Below are positions 12,231-24,561 of a stretch of 64,000 bases of DNA, in pieces. The DNA is from the human T2T-CHM13v2.0 reference genome, Homo sapiens. A program made the translations under genes and the position numbers. The DNA is taken from assembly GCF_009914755.1 (NCBI RefSeq), contig NC_060928.1. One strand, written 5' to 3'. The notes under the pieces were generated by a model. That model had not been told where the DNA came from, made no database searches, and was given only the letters and a program-made list of their open reading frames with translations. How positions within the stretch are numbered: the stretch's first letter is position 1; every line of letters begins with the position of its first letter.

Positions 12231-14352
12231 GACTCCTGGCATCAGTCACTGAAGGAGGACTTTGCTTCTGCACTGGAAGCCTGGCTTTAAAGCAAAAACT
12301 CTGGTGTTGGAATGTAAATGAGCCCCACCCTGGGAAGCTATGGCTGCTCAGAAACACTTGGTTTTTTCCAAGTACCAAAGCTCCCTAGTAAGCAGTAGAG
12401 CTACCAGTAGACTCTGCCCACTAAAACATGTGTTCCACATTGCCCATCAGCCCTCCAGGGGCGGGGGTCCCAGCAATCAGCCTCTGAAGGGAATCTCCAA
12501 GTTCTTCCCTTATCTTTACTCTCACAGCAGTGGAGGCACAGTCTCAGTGACCTGATACTTATGCATTTATTTCTCAGTTGTTTATTAATCGTGGATCATT
12601 AGTTCTTCCATCTGAGGTAGGTCATATATCATTATCCTAGTGTGGAAGAGAGAGAGAAAAAGAATGAAATGGAAGAATTTGTCCAACACTACCAAGAAGT
12701 TAGTGAGAAATTAGAACCTCAAATACCATGCGGTTCTCCTTCCCTTTTTGTCTTTCTGTCAAAACGGAAATCAGGGATCCTTAAACCTTTCCCTGAGCAG
12801 TTCTCTCTGGGCACTAAAATGCTTCAGGCCAAAAATATGCTGGTTCTCTTAACTGGATCACTCTGTGACTGAAAGAGAGAGCATTAAAACAATGAAATGA
12901 ATTGGGTGTGTGCTCACCTGAACAACTCAAAACCCCAGCGGGTTGCTGGTAAAGTTTTCCTGAAGCCTAAATTGAGGACAGCACCCTCTCTCCTCTGGCT
13001 TTTTCCTAGAAAGACCTGATCATTTAGTTTATAACAAATTTCAACCCTGGCCCCTTGACCAGGGAGGCCAGTTGCGGGTGAGCCGTCTGAAGGTGGCTGG
13101 CCTGCATTGCCTCCGAAGGTATTTCAGGAATGTTAATGGTATGCCTGAGTGGAGGCCGCAGAGCTCCGAGCTCAGGCCTGAGAACTGTTCTTGTGGCCAT
13201 CTGTTGTGGCCCAGGAAGTCTCATAGCAACAGCTTCTCAAGAATGGTGCTTTTTTTTTTTTTTTTAATTAAAATTAACTCACACAAAACCAAAAAACTGC
13301 TCCACTGCTCAAGAAGAATCAGGACAGCATTCAGATTTTTTCTACACAGTGATGAGTTTTTAAGGAAGAAAAGCCCCCGCATCCTACATTCCTGTTCTTT
13401 AAATGAGCAATTTGTACTTGGTGTTGAGGTCTTAATTTTTTTTTTTTCTCCCCCGGGGTAGAAGTCTTTCTTTGGAAAAGAATGGAGGTGAAAACAAGTT
13501 TCCAAGGCTGTGGAGAAAATAGTCAGCAAAAATATGGTTAGGAAAAAAGTGGTCAGTTTTTTTGAGATTTTCTTGGTATTTGTTGTTCTTAGCGATCCCG
13601 TCGGCAGCTGCATTTTTCCCCCTCTGTAATAATGTGAGCTTTATATGCCTGGCTATTTAGTTAGTGAAATGAACTTCAGACAAAGACACTAATTTTACCA
13701 TGATGATGTATGCCCTCCGGTATGAATCTCGAATCTGTGCAACAGCTGACCTCAGAAAAAGAGGTAGGGAAAGTAATAATTATAGTTCCATATTTTTTCA
13801 TTGATGAGACATTAAGTTAGTCATTTACAAAAACTGAGGTTTTTCCTCAGGATAGAAGATACTGTAAAATGATAAATACATGAAGCCTGGGCAGGCATGC
13901 CAGACAGAGACAAAAGAATTCTATTCTGTTCCGCATTGTACCGCTTACCAGGCTATTTCAGGAAGGCACACGGCCTGTCAGAGCACAGTGCCTCATCTGC
14001 AAATCTGATTCCTGCATTGTTAAGGAGGTTAAATATAATCACCTAAAAGGAACTTGGGAAAAGATCCTTGAATCTGAATGGCGTCTATAAAGAAGTATTA
14101 TACACTGTCATTCTTGCTGTGGCACAACCCTGGGAAAACATTTTCATGAGAACTTTTAGATCTCCTTCACTTTTTAGTTTGGCACACTTCCCTCAAGTTT
14201 TGTGACATGAAATTTCCCAGAAGAGTCGCAAAATATTCCAAGTGATTTCTGACTATTATTACATAATTCCTGAATATGCAACACACTTGGAATACTTCTT
14301 TATATTCTTGATTGGTAGTGTGTATTGCTACTTATATATTATTCAGATGTAA

Positions 14353-14435
14353 TACATTGCCCTTAGTAATGGCGCCAACCTCTATTTACGTGTTATTTAG
14401 ATCTATTACATTGCCCTTAGTAATGGCGCCAACCT
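14353..14435. repeat. Perfect 29-bp direct repeat with 25-bp spacer
   Basis: tacattgcccttagtaatggcgccaacct at 14353-14381 and 14407-14435. Confidence 0.95.
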
Positions 14436-14564
14436 ACCCGGAAAGGGATATGTACTTCAAGTTTTGTTTCTGAAACACAGGTTCCTAATGACGTTTTTCT
14501 TTCTATAAAGTCCTGACTCATACCCTCTTTGTGCATATTGCCTCCCATATAAAATATAACCACC

Positions 14565-15037
14565 ACATATTTAGGAAGTGCCTACCATGTATCAGCTGGG
14601 TTTCTAGGTACCGAGTTTGGAGCTGTGAATAAAAGTAGACAAAAATTCTGGCACACATTCTAGTCAAGTGACACAGGTAACAAGTCAGATAACACAAAAA
14701 TAAGTCAATTGTATTATAGGCTAGAAAATGATAACTGCTATGGAAAATACATAAAGCAGAGAAGTACATCATATAATGGCAGAGAGGGTATTGCAATTTT
14801 TTAGGGGGTGGTGGAAGGACCTGCTAAGAAGATGATATTTAAAAGAAAACTTGAAAGAGGGGAAAAAATGAGCCTTGAAGGTTACCTAGGGAGCATTGCT
14901 GACAGAGAGAAGAGCATATGCAAAGGCCCTGGGGCAAACGTGTTTGGGAAAGAGCTGGGAGGCCAGTGTGGGTGGAGCAGAATGTGGCGGGGCAGAGAGA
15001 CAGTGGGTCACTGGGAGGCAGTTAGCTTTTACTCTGA
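14565..15037 (-). mobile_element. L2 fragment
   Basis: gtgcctaccatgt...agcatatgcaaaggccctgggg...ggccagtgtgggtggagcag...gcttttactctga. Confidence 0.7.
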
Positions 15038-15044
15038 AAAAATC

Positions 15045-15172
15045 CTAGGAGAACTTGCTTCACAGAGCAGTTGTGAGCATTAAATGAAATAATTTGTGTA
15101 AAGCCTTCTATAGAGTGCCTAGCACACAGAAAATCTTCGGTACTTGTTAGCTGTCATCCATTTGCTTATTAT
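15045..15172 (+). mobile_element. MIR 3' part
   Basis: gttgtgagcattaaatgaaataat...gtaaagc...agtgcctagcacacag. Confidence 0.65.
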
Positions 15173-16784
15173 TACCACTACATAGTCTAGGATTTAAGGA
15201 TGGAATGATGTGAGCACACAGCACAGAGCTTTGTTCTGATCAAAGTTAATTGTTTCTTATGAGAATTAAACTCCCAACCTTGGCCTCTTAAATATTAAAT
15301 TCTATCAGCTAAGAAGGTTCCAAGTCTATATCGTCACACGTACAGAGAAAAAAAGCTTGCTTTTAAGAAATTGGCCCTGACTAAGCTAAATCGTTGTTTC
15401 CATTTTGAAAGTACCAAGTCCATGCTCTCTAGGGACAGGTGTATTTTGAGACATTTGCTTCCAATTTCAGCTACAAAAGTCTTATTGAATTCCACTGAAT
15501 TCGCATGATCTCACAACGTACTCATGTTTGAGTTCTGATATCAATTCCCTTTTCTAGGCAGCAGGATTCGAGGTAGGGAGGAGCATATTGCAGATATAAT
15601 GAAAATAAGGAGTCAATGTGCTTTTCTTCTCCCCACAGTCCAGAAGCAAGATTACCTTTTGAGGCACTTCAGGGACCCTTTCTTAAAATGATCTTCCTGG
15701 ACACCCCTTTGAATGTCTAGATTATGCTGATCTCCTTTGAACCTGAGGGACTTGGGTCATAACTTATGTCGAGTGATGACTAGCTCAGGAAATTAGAACA
15801 AGACAGGGAATCCTTTTCTCCAAGCATATGAAGACCATCATTTAGAGTCAGGGATATTCTTGCTCTAGAACCACCATAAGTGATTTGGGAGCAACAAAAG
15901 GAATTATTGATGATAACTAGAGATGCTGAATGAATGAAAAGATCTGTCTAAAAATGTGCACCTTCATCACTGGAAATGCTTCAGGAGAGGCTGATTAATC
16001 AATCAATAGTCAGAGGGGTTTGAGTTTATCCACACGACATACTAAAAGAACCCCTTTGGGGTTAAGAAATAACCCCTAGAGGATTTGGCATCCTACCAGA
16101 GATCATGTAATTAATGACCCAGAAAGGTACCATGTTTTTACCTCTTCAACCCAAAGACAGTAAAGAACACAGATGATATAATTTAATATAAATCTGAAAG
16201 AATGATAAAACCACCCACGATGACTGGCCCTGTTATTTATTTAGTTGGTCAAGTTCTAATATTTTGGCTTCACAAGTTCCACTATTTTTGATGACATGTG
16301 TTGTATATTTTTAGTTGTAAATCAGTAATCTTTATGGCATTCCTCTAATTAGTAAGCAATGTAAACTCTTTTTAAAAATTTGGGTGAGAACTTGACTTCT
16401 AAGATCCCTTCCAAATTTGTGCTTCTGCTTCATCCTTCCAAGATCTGCTTATGAAAAACCAAATTCTTCAGGAAAAGTCACCTTAGTTTAGGAATTCTGA
16501 GAGCCAGAAGCAACTGATTGTAGAAGCCCTATTTCACTTAGGGGCAGTGGCTAGTGGAGTCATCTTCTTGCAGTGTCACCCTGGTCCTGGTGCCCGGAAC
16601 CCCAGTTCCCAACACCGATGATGCTGTGTTCCTGTTTGCAGTTTCCAATATTGTCACATCGCTACTGCTGGCTGCCAGGTTGCTCGGTTATGATCAGTGG
16701 GCAGAGTGGACTGGAGCTGTTTTTTCTTTTGGAAAAACATTTCTGCAGTACTTATTACATTCTCAGTGATTTGCAAAAATGCTC

Positions 16785-16935
16785 TCTCTCTTAACCCAAT
16801 GACAGAGCTACAGTTTTTGTTCCCATTTAACAGGTTAAACAATTGAGATACAGGGAACTAATCCAAAGTCTCACAGTGACAGGGACTTGAACCCAGGTCA
16901 TCTGTCAACAGAGTCTGTGCTCTTAGCTGCTACAT
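16785..16935 (-). mobile_element. MIR
   Basis: cccatttaacag...ggacttgaacccaggtc...gagtctgtgctcttagc. Confidence 0.6.
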
Positions 16936-17044
16936 TGGATTTCTCATCCACAAAATGTCTAATCCTATGTGCTCTTTTTATTTGTTGTAGCTCTCCTGTT
17001 GATTCAGAGGGAAAACTGATATGGCATATTATTACACTTTATTG

Positions 17045-17142
17045 CCCTCTGTGAGGGCAGAGAACATAACCTATTGATACCAGTGCCTAGTGTAGCGCCT
17101 GGTGCATGCAGATACTCAAATATTTGTTGACTGAGTGAGGGA
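17045..17142 (+). mobile_element. L2 3' terminus
   Basis: ctctgtgagggcag...ccagtgcctag...gcctgg...actcaaatatttgttgactgagtgag. Confidence 0.7.
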
Positions 17143-17724
17143 GTGAGGGTGTGACATGAATAAACAATAGTAAGGCCATAGAAATGCCATCCTAGTCTCA
17201 AGAGTCACAGAGATGTATGTAATCGCAGGATGTCACTTACATAAAAACTTTAACTTTGAAAAGTTAAAAAACATAAAATTAGAGGTGAGGACATCATGGG
17301 ACAATTACAGTGTTTGAACCAGTGTCAACAATTTCATCCCTTGTTAGGCACTCATTCATAGTTTAATTAATAAATCACATTGCATTGGAAGTGTAGCTCC
17401 AAAGGACCCTGATGTCAGACTAACACCTGCTATGTGACAATTGGGGAGGGAACAGGGAACCATGGGAACGCCATGAATTCCACTAAATCAGTGCAAATCT
17501 GGATTTGGTGCATTTAACAAATGGACATTGAGACTCACAGATTTGTTATGGAGTAGAGAAAGGAAGCCTGAATCTTGACAATGCCAGTATCTAAGGGAAC
17601 ATTTGGGTGTATTGAACATAAACCCACTAAGACCAACTCAAATAAAAAGAGATGAAGATATCAAGATATGAAGGAAGCTTGTGAAATCCAACTATAGGAA
17701 GCCAGGAACACCTCAACATTAACT

Positions 17725-17975
17725 TAGTGGTGAAAAGCTCTTAGAGTCAGAAGGCCTGCATGTGAGTTCCAACCTTGGCATTGCTGAATTTGTGACCTTG
17801 GATAAGTTACCTCATATTTCTGAACCTCATTTACTTGTCTAAAAAGAAGGAATAATCAAAGTTTCTACCTTGTTGTGTTGTTGTGTAGTTTCAGTGAGAT
17901 AATACACATAAAGCACTTGGAACACTGCCTGACACGTAATAGGAACTCAGTAACCATTAACTCTTATTATTATTT
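17725..17975 (+). mobile_element. MIR, near full length
   Basis: tgtgaccttggataagttac...tctgaacctca...aaagcacttggaacactgcctgacacgtaa. Confidence 0.75.
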
Positions 17976-18079
17976 AGAAAGTAGGCAGCTATTCACTTTC
18001 TTTTTGGATTACATAGTTGTTCATTTCAGCTGACTTTGAACGTCAGTTCCATTGCTCTGTCTGCAGACTGGCTTTCTGA

Positions 18080-18560
18080 CAGACATGGTGCCAGGGTTAA
18101 TTTAATGGCATGGTGATGTCATCAAAGCTCCAGGTTTGTCTGTATTTTCATTCTGCCACCCTTAGCATGATGATTTTCTTCCTTACATTTGTTCCTCATG
18201 GTTGCAAGGTGTTTGCTGCAGCTCCAGGCATCACGTCCTCACAGAGTCTTGTCCAAACAAGGGAAGGAGTTCTAGTTTTGTGTATTTCATCAAGAATGAG
18301 AAATACTTTTTCAAAAATCCTCCTGCAAACTCTCTTTTTTTAGGAGTCAGATCTCATTAGTTAGGCTTATGTCCTATATCCTTGCCTACACTAGTAACTG
18401 GCAGGGAGTCAGATTACCAAGAATAGTATAGACCAGGCATGGTTAATCCCTTAGGGTGATGAAGGAGCTGCCTTTCTGAGCACATCATTATCTGATGCTG
18501 CAATGGAATCAAAATTATACTTGTGGAGTAAAACAGGGGACAGTAACCATTGAGTAAACA
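18080..18560 (-). mobile_element. MaLR LTR (MLT1K/L-like)
   Basis: ttctgccacccttagcatg...catggttgcaagg...gctgcagctccaggcatcacgtcc typical of old MLT1 LTRs. Confidence 0.55.
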
Positions 18561-18819
18561 ATTATGAGGGCCTGTTTTAGATAAGCAAGTTTCTAAGCCA
18601 GGCAAATCAGAGTGTTTCTTTGTAATTTTATCTTTTTGTACATGGAGTCTAAGAGGAGGCAGAACTCTTGCAGTTGTTAATCTGGGATAAGGTAAACCTG
18701 AAGTTCTCTGCTCCGTGGTTGTTTTCTGTGTACTTTACCCCTGCATGCACACACACTGAATCCTATTGCAAAGATAAAAGTGAGGTCTTTTTTTTCACCT
18801 TGCTCTCTCTGTCTATATA

Positions 18820-19284
18820 CTGTCATGCACCCCATAATAATTTGGGTCAATGATGGACCCCATGCATGACAGTGGTTCCATAAACTGATAATGGAGCATA
18901 CACAGAAGTGATATATAGTACTTGATATTATCCCTGCAGATCAGGTAGGGGAAATGTTTGATATTCAGTAATGTGCTGGGACATTTTCATATGAAAAAAT
19001 AGAGAGCCAGGTGTGGTGGCTTGTGCCTATGATCCCAGCTACTTGGGAGTTAGAGGCAAGAGGATGGCTGGAGCCTGGGAGGTAGAGGCTACAGTGAGCT
19101 GTGATCACACCACCGTACTCCAGCCTGGGCAACAGAGCAAGACCCTGTCTCTAAAAAGAAAAGCAAAAGATGTTGTGTATAACATCTGGGTTTGTGTAAA
19201 TACTGTCTGTGATGTTTGTATGATGAAATTGCCTAATCAGGCATTTCTGGTCACATATCCCCATCATTCAGCAATGCATGACTG
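18820..19284 (+). mobile_element. Tigger3-family DNA transposon interrupted by an Alu monomer
   Basis: ta-ctgtcatgcac...ggtcaatgatggacc...gacagtggttccata start and gcaatgcatgactg end (TIRs). Confidence 0.75.
19005..19168 (+). mobile_element. FRAM / AluJ right monomer
   Basis: agccaggtgtggtggcttgtgcc...ccagcctgggcaacagagcaagaccctgtctc + A tail; no left arm. Confidence 0.85.
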
Positions 19285-19319
19285 TGTCTAGATGTATAGG
19301 TAGGTAGATAGGTACAGAG

Positions 19320-19321
<2 letters not shown>

Positions 19322-19363
<42 letters not shown>
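19322..19363. repeat. (AC)21 microsatellite
   Basis: Uninterrupted AC run of 42 nt. Confidence 0.97.
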
Positions 19364-19366
<3 letters not shown>

Positions 19367-20764
19367 CCAACAGATGCTGCCTCTCCCAAGGAAGAACCTG
19401 ACAATAATTTCCAGTCCCTGAGGCCATCTCCATCCCTGGCCTTCTCAAGAAATTCCCATTTTTGCTTGATTTTCTCTGTGGGTTCAATGTTACTGTGTCA
19501 TTTGCAACAACAATAACAAAATCCCATCAGAAGCATTCTCCTAAGCTTCTGGGATTCTGTCCCCTACATCTACTAGTGTGTGGCCCTGGCTCACCCCGGA
19601 GCCATCACTGGGCTCTACCCCATGTGCCCCACAGCTCTAGAGCCTTATCACCTGACACTCTCAGCCTCGCCCCAGCACCAGGTCGCACCAGCCGCAATGT
19701 GAACAGCTCTGCCTATAGCTGAGGAAGAGCTGGTCTAGCCTCACCCCTTCAACTGGGGCTTGATCAGGACCTGTTCTCCTAGAATAGACGGCAACGGAGA
19801 GACAGTAACCTCTGTCTCTGATAAAAGGGTGTAATATCTGCCAAGTCTTTCCTAAAGAGACTCAGCAAAAGAGACCACCCTACTGACAAGTACATGTTTC
19901 ATTAATAAAATGACTTTATTTCAGATATACAAGTGCCTTTGACAGGGAGTTTAAATCTGGTGGCTGTATTCCCTTTGGCCTGACTTAAATAGGAGAAGAG
20001 AATTGTGGTTTCCTATCAGTGGGAAATTAGTAAAGGATTCGAGGAGTGAGTGACTAGGAGAGTAGAGTGAAGTCATAGACAAAATCAATGTGGCTATCGG
20101 GGCAGGCCAATTGGACTCATGAGAAAAATCCCTTGGAAGGTGGAAATATGAGACATTGAGACTGTCATTCAGGAAGTATGGATAGATCTTTTTTTAATGT
20201 TTATTTTTACTATTTTGTTATGAAAGTGGCATAAACATTTATGAGAGTAGAGGGTCCCACAAATTCCCACGCACCCACCCTCCAGCTGGATGGCTCTTGT
20301 TAAGTAGAACAAGACAGGGAGGAGGAGAAGATGAAAGAAAGGAGCAGGAGCCAGTGAAGGACAAAACGTTCAGTGACAGATCTATTAGTGAACTTGTCAA
20401 GAGAGGACAGGAAGCTGAAATCCAAGATGTTTATTCTTCTTAATCATAGGTTAATGAAATAATTGCTAAATGAGATCTGGCTTCTAGCGATCTGAGTAGG
20501 GATTATGTAACTTGAGGAAGCAGATCCCGTGTTGTAATCTCCAAATTGCTGAGTGTGGGAGAACCAAAAGGCTCCCATCTAACACGGTGACAAGGCTAAG
20601 ACAGCAAGAGTCAGTGTTTATTTGTTTGGCATTTAGCAATTATTTTTCTACAATCTCCCAGGCACTGTGCTAGGCTTTGTGAGCATGCAAATCTGAAGGA
20701 CCAGGTTCTTGCTTTCAGAGAATGCAGCATCTACTGGTGAAAGTAGATGAGAAAAATCTATGAC

Positions 20765-21062
20765 TTTTTTTTTTTTTTTTGAGATGGAGTCTTGCTCTGT
20801 TGCCCAGGCTGGGGTGCAGTGGCACGATCTCTGCTCACTGCAAGCTCCGCCTCCTGGGTTCATGGGCATTCTCCTGCCTTAGCCTACCGAGTAGCTGGGA
20901 CTACAGGCGCCTGCCACCACGCCTGGCTAATTTTTTGTATTTTTAGTAGAGACGGGGTTTCACCGTGTTAGCCAGGATGGTCTCGATCTCCTGACCTCGT
21001 GATCAGCCCACCTCGGCCTCCGAAAGTCCTGGGATTACAGGCGTGAGCCACCACACCTGGCC
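20765..21062 (-). mobile_element. AluY inserted in an L2 remnant
   Basis: caagctccgcc and caccgtgttagccaggatggtctcgatctcctgacctcgtgatc; TSD aaaaatctatga. Confidence 0.95.
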
Positions 21063-21353
21063 AAAAAATCTATGATTATAACAGTCATGCTATGATGAAG
21101 CTTTTCTGGCAGCATAGAAAAGATGAAAGCTTCTTGTAGGAGGATGATTGTCTTGATCTTTGGAAAGATGAACAGGCATTTGGTAGATGGATTTAGTGAG
21201 TGAAGACATTCTAGCTAGACAAAGTAGCTTACACAAAGACAGAGAGGTACTCAAAGAGAACCTTAAGTCAGGGCTGCAGGGCTGATGGCACACTTGTGAC
21301 CTGCTAAAAGTCAAGGTGGAGATGGGGTAGAGGTGGCCAGGAAGTGGGGAGCA

Positions 21354-21461
21354 GGGGCTAAAATTCAGCCCGTGCTTCGCCCCCTGGTGCAGCTGTATCC
21401 ACCTGGAGGAGGTGTCTTTTTCTGGTTTGACAAGGGGCCACGTGGGCAGGGGGTAGCCCTG
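21354..21461 (-). mobile_element. MER91-like hAT remnant carrying a CTCF motif
   Basis: ggtgtctttttctggtttgacaaggggccacgtgggcagggggtagccctg resembles the MER91 terminus. Confidence 0.5.
21377..21390 (-). promoter_or_regulatory. CTCF core motif
   Basis: Reverse complement GCACCAGGGGGCGA versus consensus CCACCAGGGGGCGC (12/14). Confidence 0.55.
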
Positions 21462-22349
21462 TCTGAGTGTATTTAGTATTCTTTGACTAAAGAGTGTATG
21501 TGAGGATGCTCATGAGTTTGAACAGAACCCAGAAAGGTGATGGGACATTAATAAATAATTAAAAGGCAGAGTAGTGACAAAATCGGACTTGTGCTTACGA
21601 AAGACCATTCTGGCTGCATTTTGGGAGGTGGTTTTCAAGATGTTAAGTCTGAAGGAAAAGAAACTAGTGAGAAAAGGCTGCTCCAGGTGAAAAATAATGG
21701 GGGCCTGAATGACAGCTGTGGGAGGGGAAGGAAAGGAAGTGGTGCATTGAATATCCAGAAGGTACAGCAGGTAGACTTGGTGACGGGCTGGCTGCTTGGG
21801 TGCAGGGGTGCAAGGCGAGGAGGATGACTCCTAGGGTTTTAGCTTTAGCAGCTCAGTGGGAGATTATCACATCCCCGTAAAGATCAATAAACCCAAGAAC
21901 TTTGCCATAGTGTGTGCTGAGGTGTTACCTGTTGAATAATAACAATAAAAGCGTTCTTTATATAATCACGGTGGTTAAAGAGTAAGAGGAGGTCTTCAGT
22001 AGTAGCTTTTGAGACAGACGAAAAACACCTTGATCCTTAGTTGTGTCCCTTCAGAGAATGAGCAATTGATATGAAAGGAAACTGTAGGATCTTTTGCGTT
22101 GTGATCCCATTCAAGCACAGCAAAATCCCCTGTAGTGGATAATCTGCCCATTCAAGATAGGTCAGAGAGTAATGCCCAGCTGCAGAAAGCTAGTTCATCT
22201 CCTTTATTCTTTCTTTCAAGATGAAAATAATATAAATCTAGGGTATCTTAAACCCTTTCTCATTGTTTTTGGAGAAAGCAGTTTTTTGTTTTGTTTCTGA
22301 TGGTGGACATGGCAGCAGCATTCTTTCTGTCTCCCTGTGCTCATCATGA

Positions 22350-22570
22350 CGGTGTCCTAGCACAGGCTTTGAAGTTGAATGGTCCTGGGTTTGAATTCCT
22401 AGTTCATCACCATCTGTCACTTTGGGCAGAATACTTATCTCTGTGAACCTCATCTGTAAAATGTAGGGAAATACAGTTTCCTCATGGAGCTGTTACGAGG
22501 GTTAAGGAAAGTGGAGTGCTTGGCATAGGACCTGCAGGCCACATGCTGGTCACAAGTGGTGGCTGTGGAA
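22350..22570 (+). mobile_element. MIR
   Basis: agcacaggctttgaag...cctgggtttgaattcctag...ttgggcag...cctcatctgtaaaatg. Confidence 0.75.
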
Positions 22571-22637
22571 ATGGACTTTGTTGGTGCTACTGTACTTGTT
22601 ATTAATGCCAGTGTTCAGATATCAAGAAAAGATATGG

Positions 22638-22925
22638 CACCTGGAATCCCAGCACTTTGGGAGGCCAAGGTGGGAGGATTGCTTGAGCCCAGGACAACAT
22701 AGCGGACCCTATTTCTAAAAAAACATTTTTTTTTTAAATTAGCCAGGTGTGGTGGCACAAGCCTGTTAGTCCCAGCTACTCAGGAGGCTGAGGTGGGAAG
22801 ATGGCTTGAGCCCAGGAGGTCAAGGCTGCAGTGAGCCATGATTGTGCCACTGTACTCCAGCCTGGGTGACAGAGTGAGACCCTGTCTCCAAACAAACAAA
22901 CAAACAAAAACCCAAAAAATAAACA
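22638..22925 (+). mobile_element. AluJ, 5'-truncated with left-arm deletion
   Basis: ggaggattgcttgagcccagg and ggaggtcaaggctgcagtgagccatg; (AAAC)n tail. Confidence 0.9.
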
Positions 22926-23731
22926 ACCAACTTGCTTTTGCAGCCTTTGATTATTCCTTGGGCCTGCATCTATTAGATGCTGATTGTATATCACGTTGCC
23001 TTCTTTATGGGTTAACCTGAGGAGAAAGAGTTCCATGCCACGTGAGTCAAAGAGTAGGTTATATACATGGCTTCTCCTTCCTGATGTGTCTTGAGATACT
23101 GTGCTGATTATGCTTGGGACAGAGAAGCATACCATTAGACTATTGAAATCACTGGAAAGAAAGCAGAAAACTGTGGTACTTTCAGCTTTCACATGATCAA
23201 GGTGTTTTCCTAGGATACAATAGGCCACTGAAGCTACACTTGATATTACATTAATAATTCAATAAAGCACATTAATTAACTACCAGTCCATGGCTTCAGC
23301 AGCTAATAGCACCTAAAGAAAATGTACTTCAACTTTCTTATCAAGAAATGGTCTTGATAAGAGACCGGGTGACTGTAACTTTGGTCATTGCTCTGGAATG
23401 TTCCTGATGGTGCTGCCAGTTTTCATTGCCCATAGGTGCAATATGGAAATTTTTATAAATGCTCTCATTTGATGCTTTTACAGATTAACAACATTTTTAT
23501 ATTGTATTGTAACTGAAAACAAACGAGTATTTTTCTTATCTCACCTGTAGAAAAGGGAGTGGTGAGAATTCAGGAGTTAATATTGTAAAAATACCTGAGA
23601 TAAGAAATACATGTTTAAGTATTACTGGTTTTGATTGCCACTGAATCCTCATGAAGCAACCACAAAAATCAAACAGAATCAGGGACTAGGAAAAGTGGAA
23701 AGTCTGTATTTTTATACTACTCTAAAATCTA

Positions 23732-23811
23732 TTAGGTTGGTGCAAAAGTAATTACAGTTTTCGCAATTACTTTAACGGCAAAAGCCACAATTACTTCTGC
23801 ACCATCCCATG
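23732..23811. mobile_element. MADE1 (Hsmar1-derived MITE)
   Basis: ttaggttggtgcaaaagtaatt...aattacttctgcaccatcc palindromic ~80-mer preceded by TA. Confidence 0.9.
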
Positions 23812-23911
23812 CCTTTGAGAAGGAAGATAAGTTTTCAGAGTGTTTAAAATTAGCCACCCATAGTTTGCTGTAAAACAGAAATAAAATTTGGTGACAGTTA
23901 AAAATTTACAT

Positions 23912-24138
23912 CAGTGGTTCTCAGCTAGAGGCGATTTCCCTCCAGGGGACATTTAACAATATCTGGAGACATTTTTAGTAGTCACAACTGTGTGTGGTGT
24001 GGGGAGGGGGTCGTGCTACTGGCATCTAGTGGGTAGAGGTCAGAGATGCTGCCAAAATCCTGCAATGCACAGGAAAGGCCCCCCAGTAGAGAATTACCTG
24101 GCCCCAATTGTCAGTAATGCCAAGGCTGAGAAACACTG
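23912..24138 (+). mobile_element. MER20 hAT-Charlie element, full length
   Basis: cagtggttctca...gtgctactggcatctagtgggtagagg...gccaaggctgagaaacactg. Confidence 0.9.
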
Positions 24139-24211
24139 AGTTAAATAACAGCTGTTGGGAGCTTCTACCACTGGACTGTCTCTTTCAGCAAGAAATTAGC
24201 CATCCTGTTAA

Positions 24212-24561
<350 letters not shown>

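Noticed and set aside
14353-14435. CRISPR-like repeat-spacer-repeat
   Set aside because: Only two repeats, primate context and no cas genes; treated as a local duplication.
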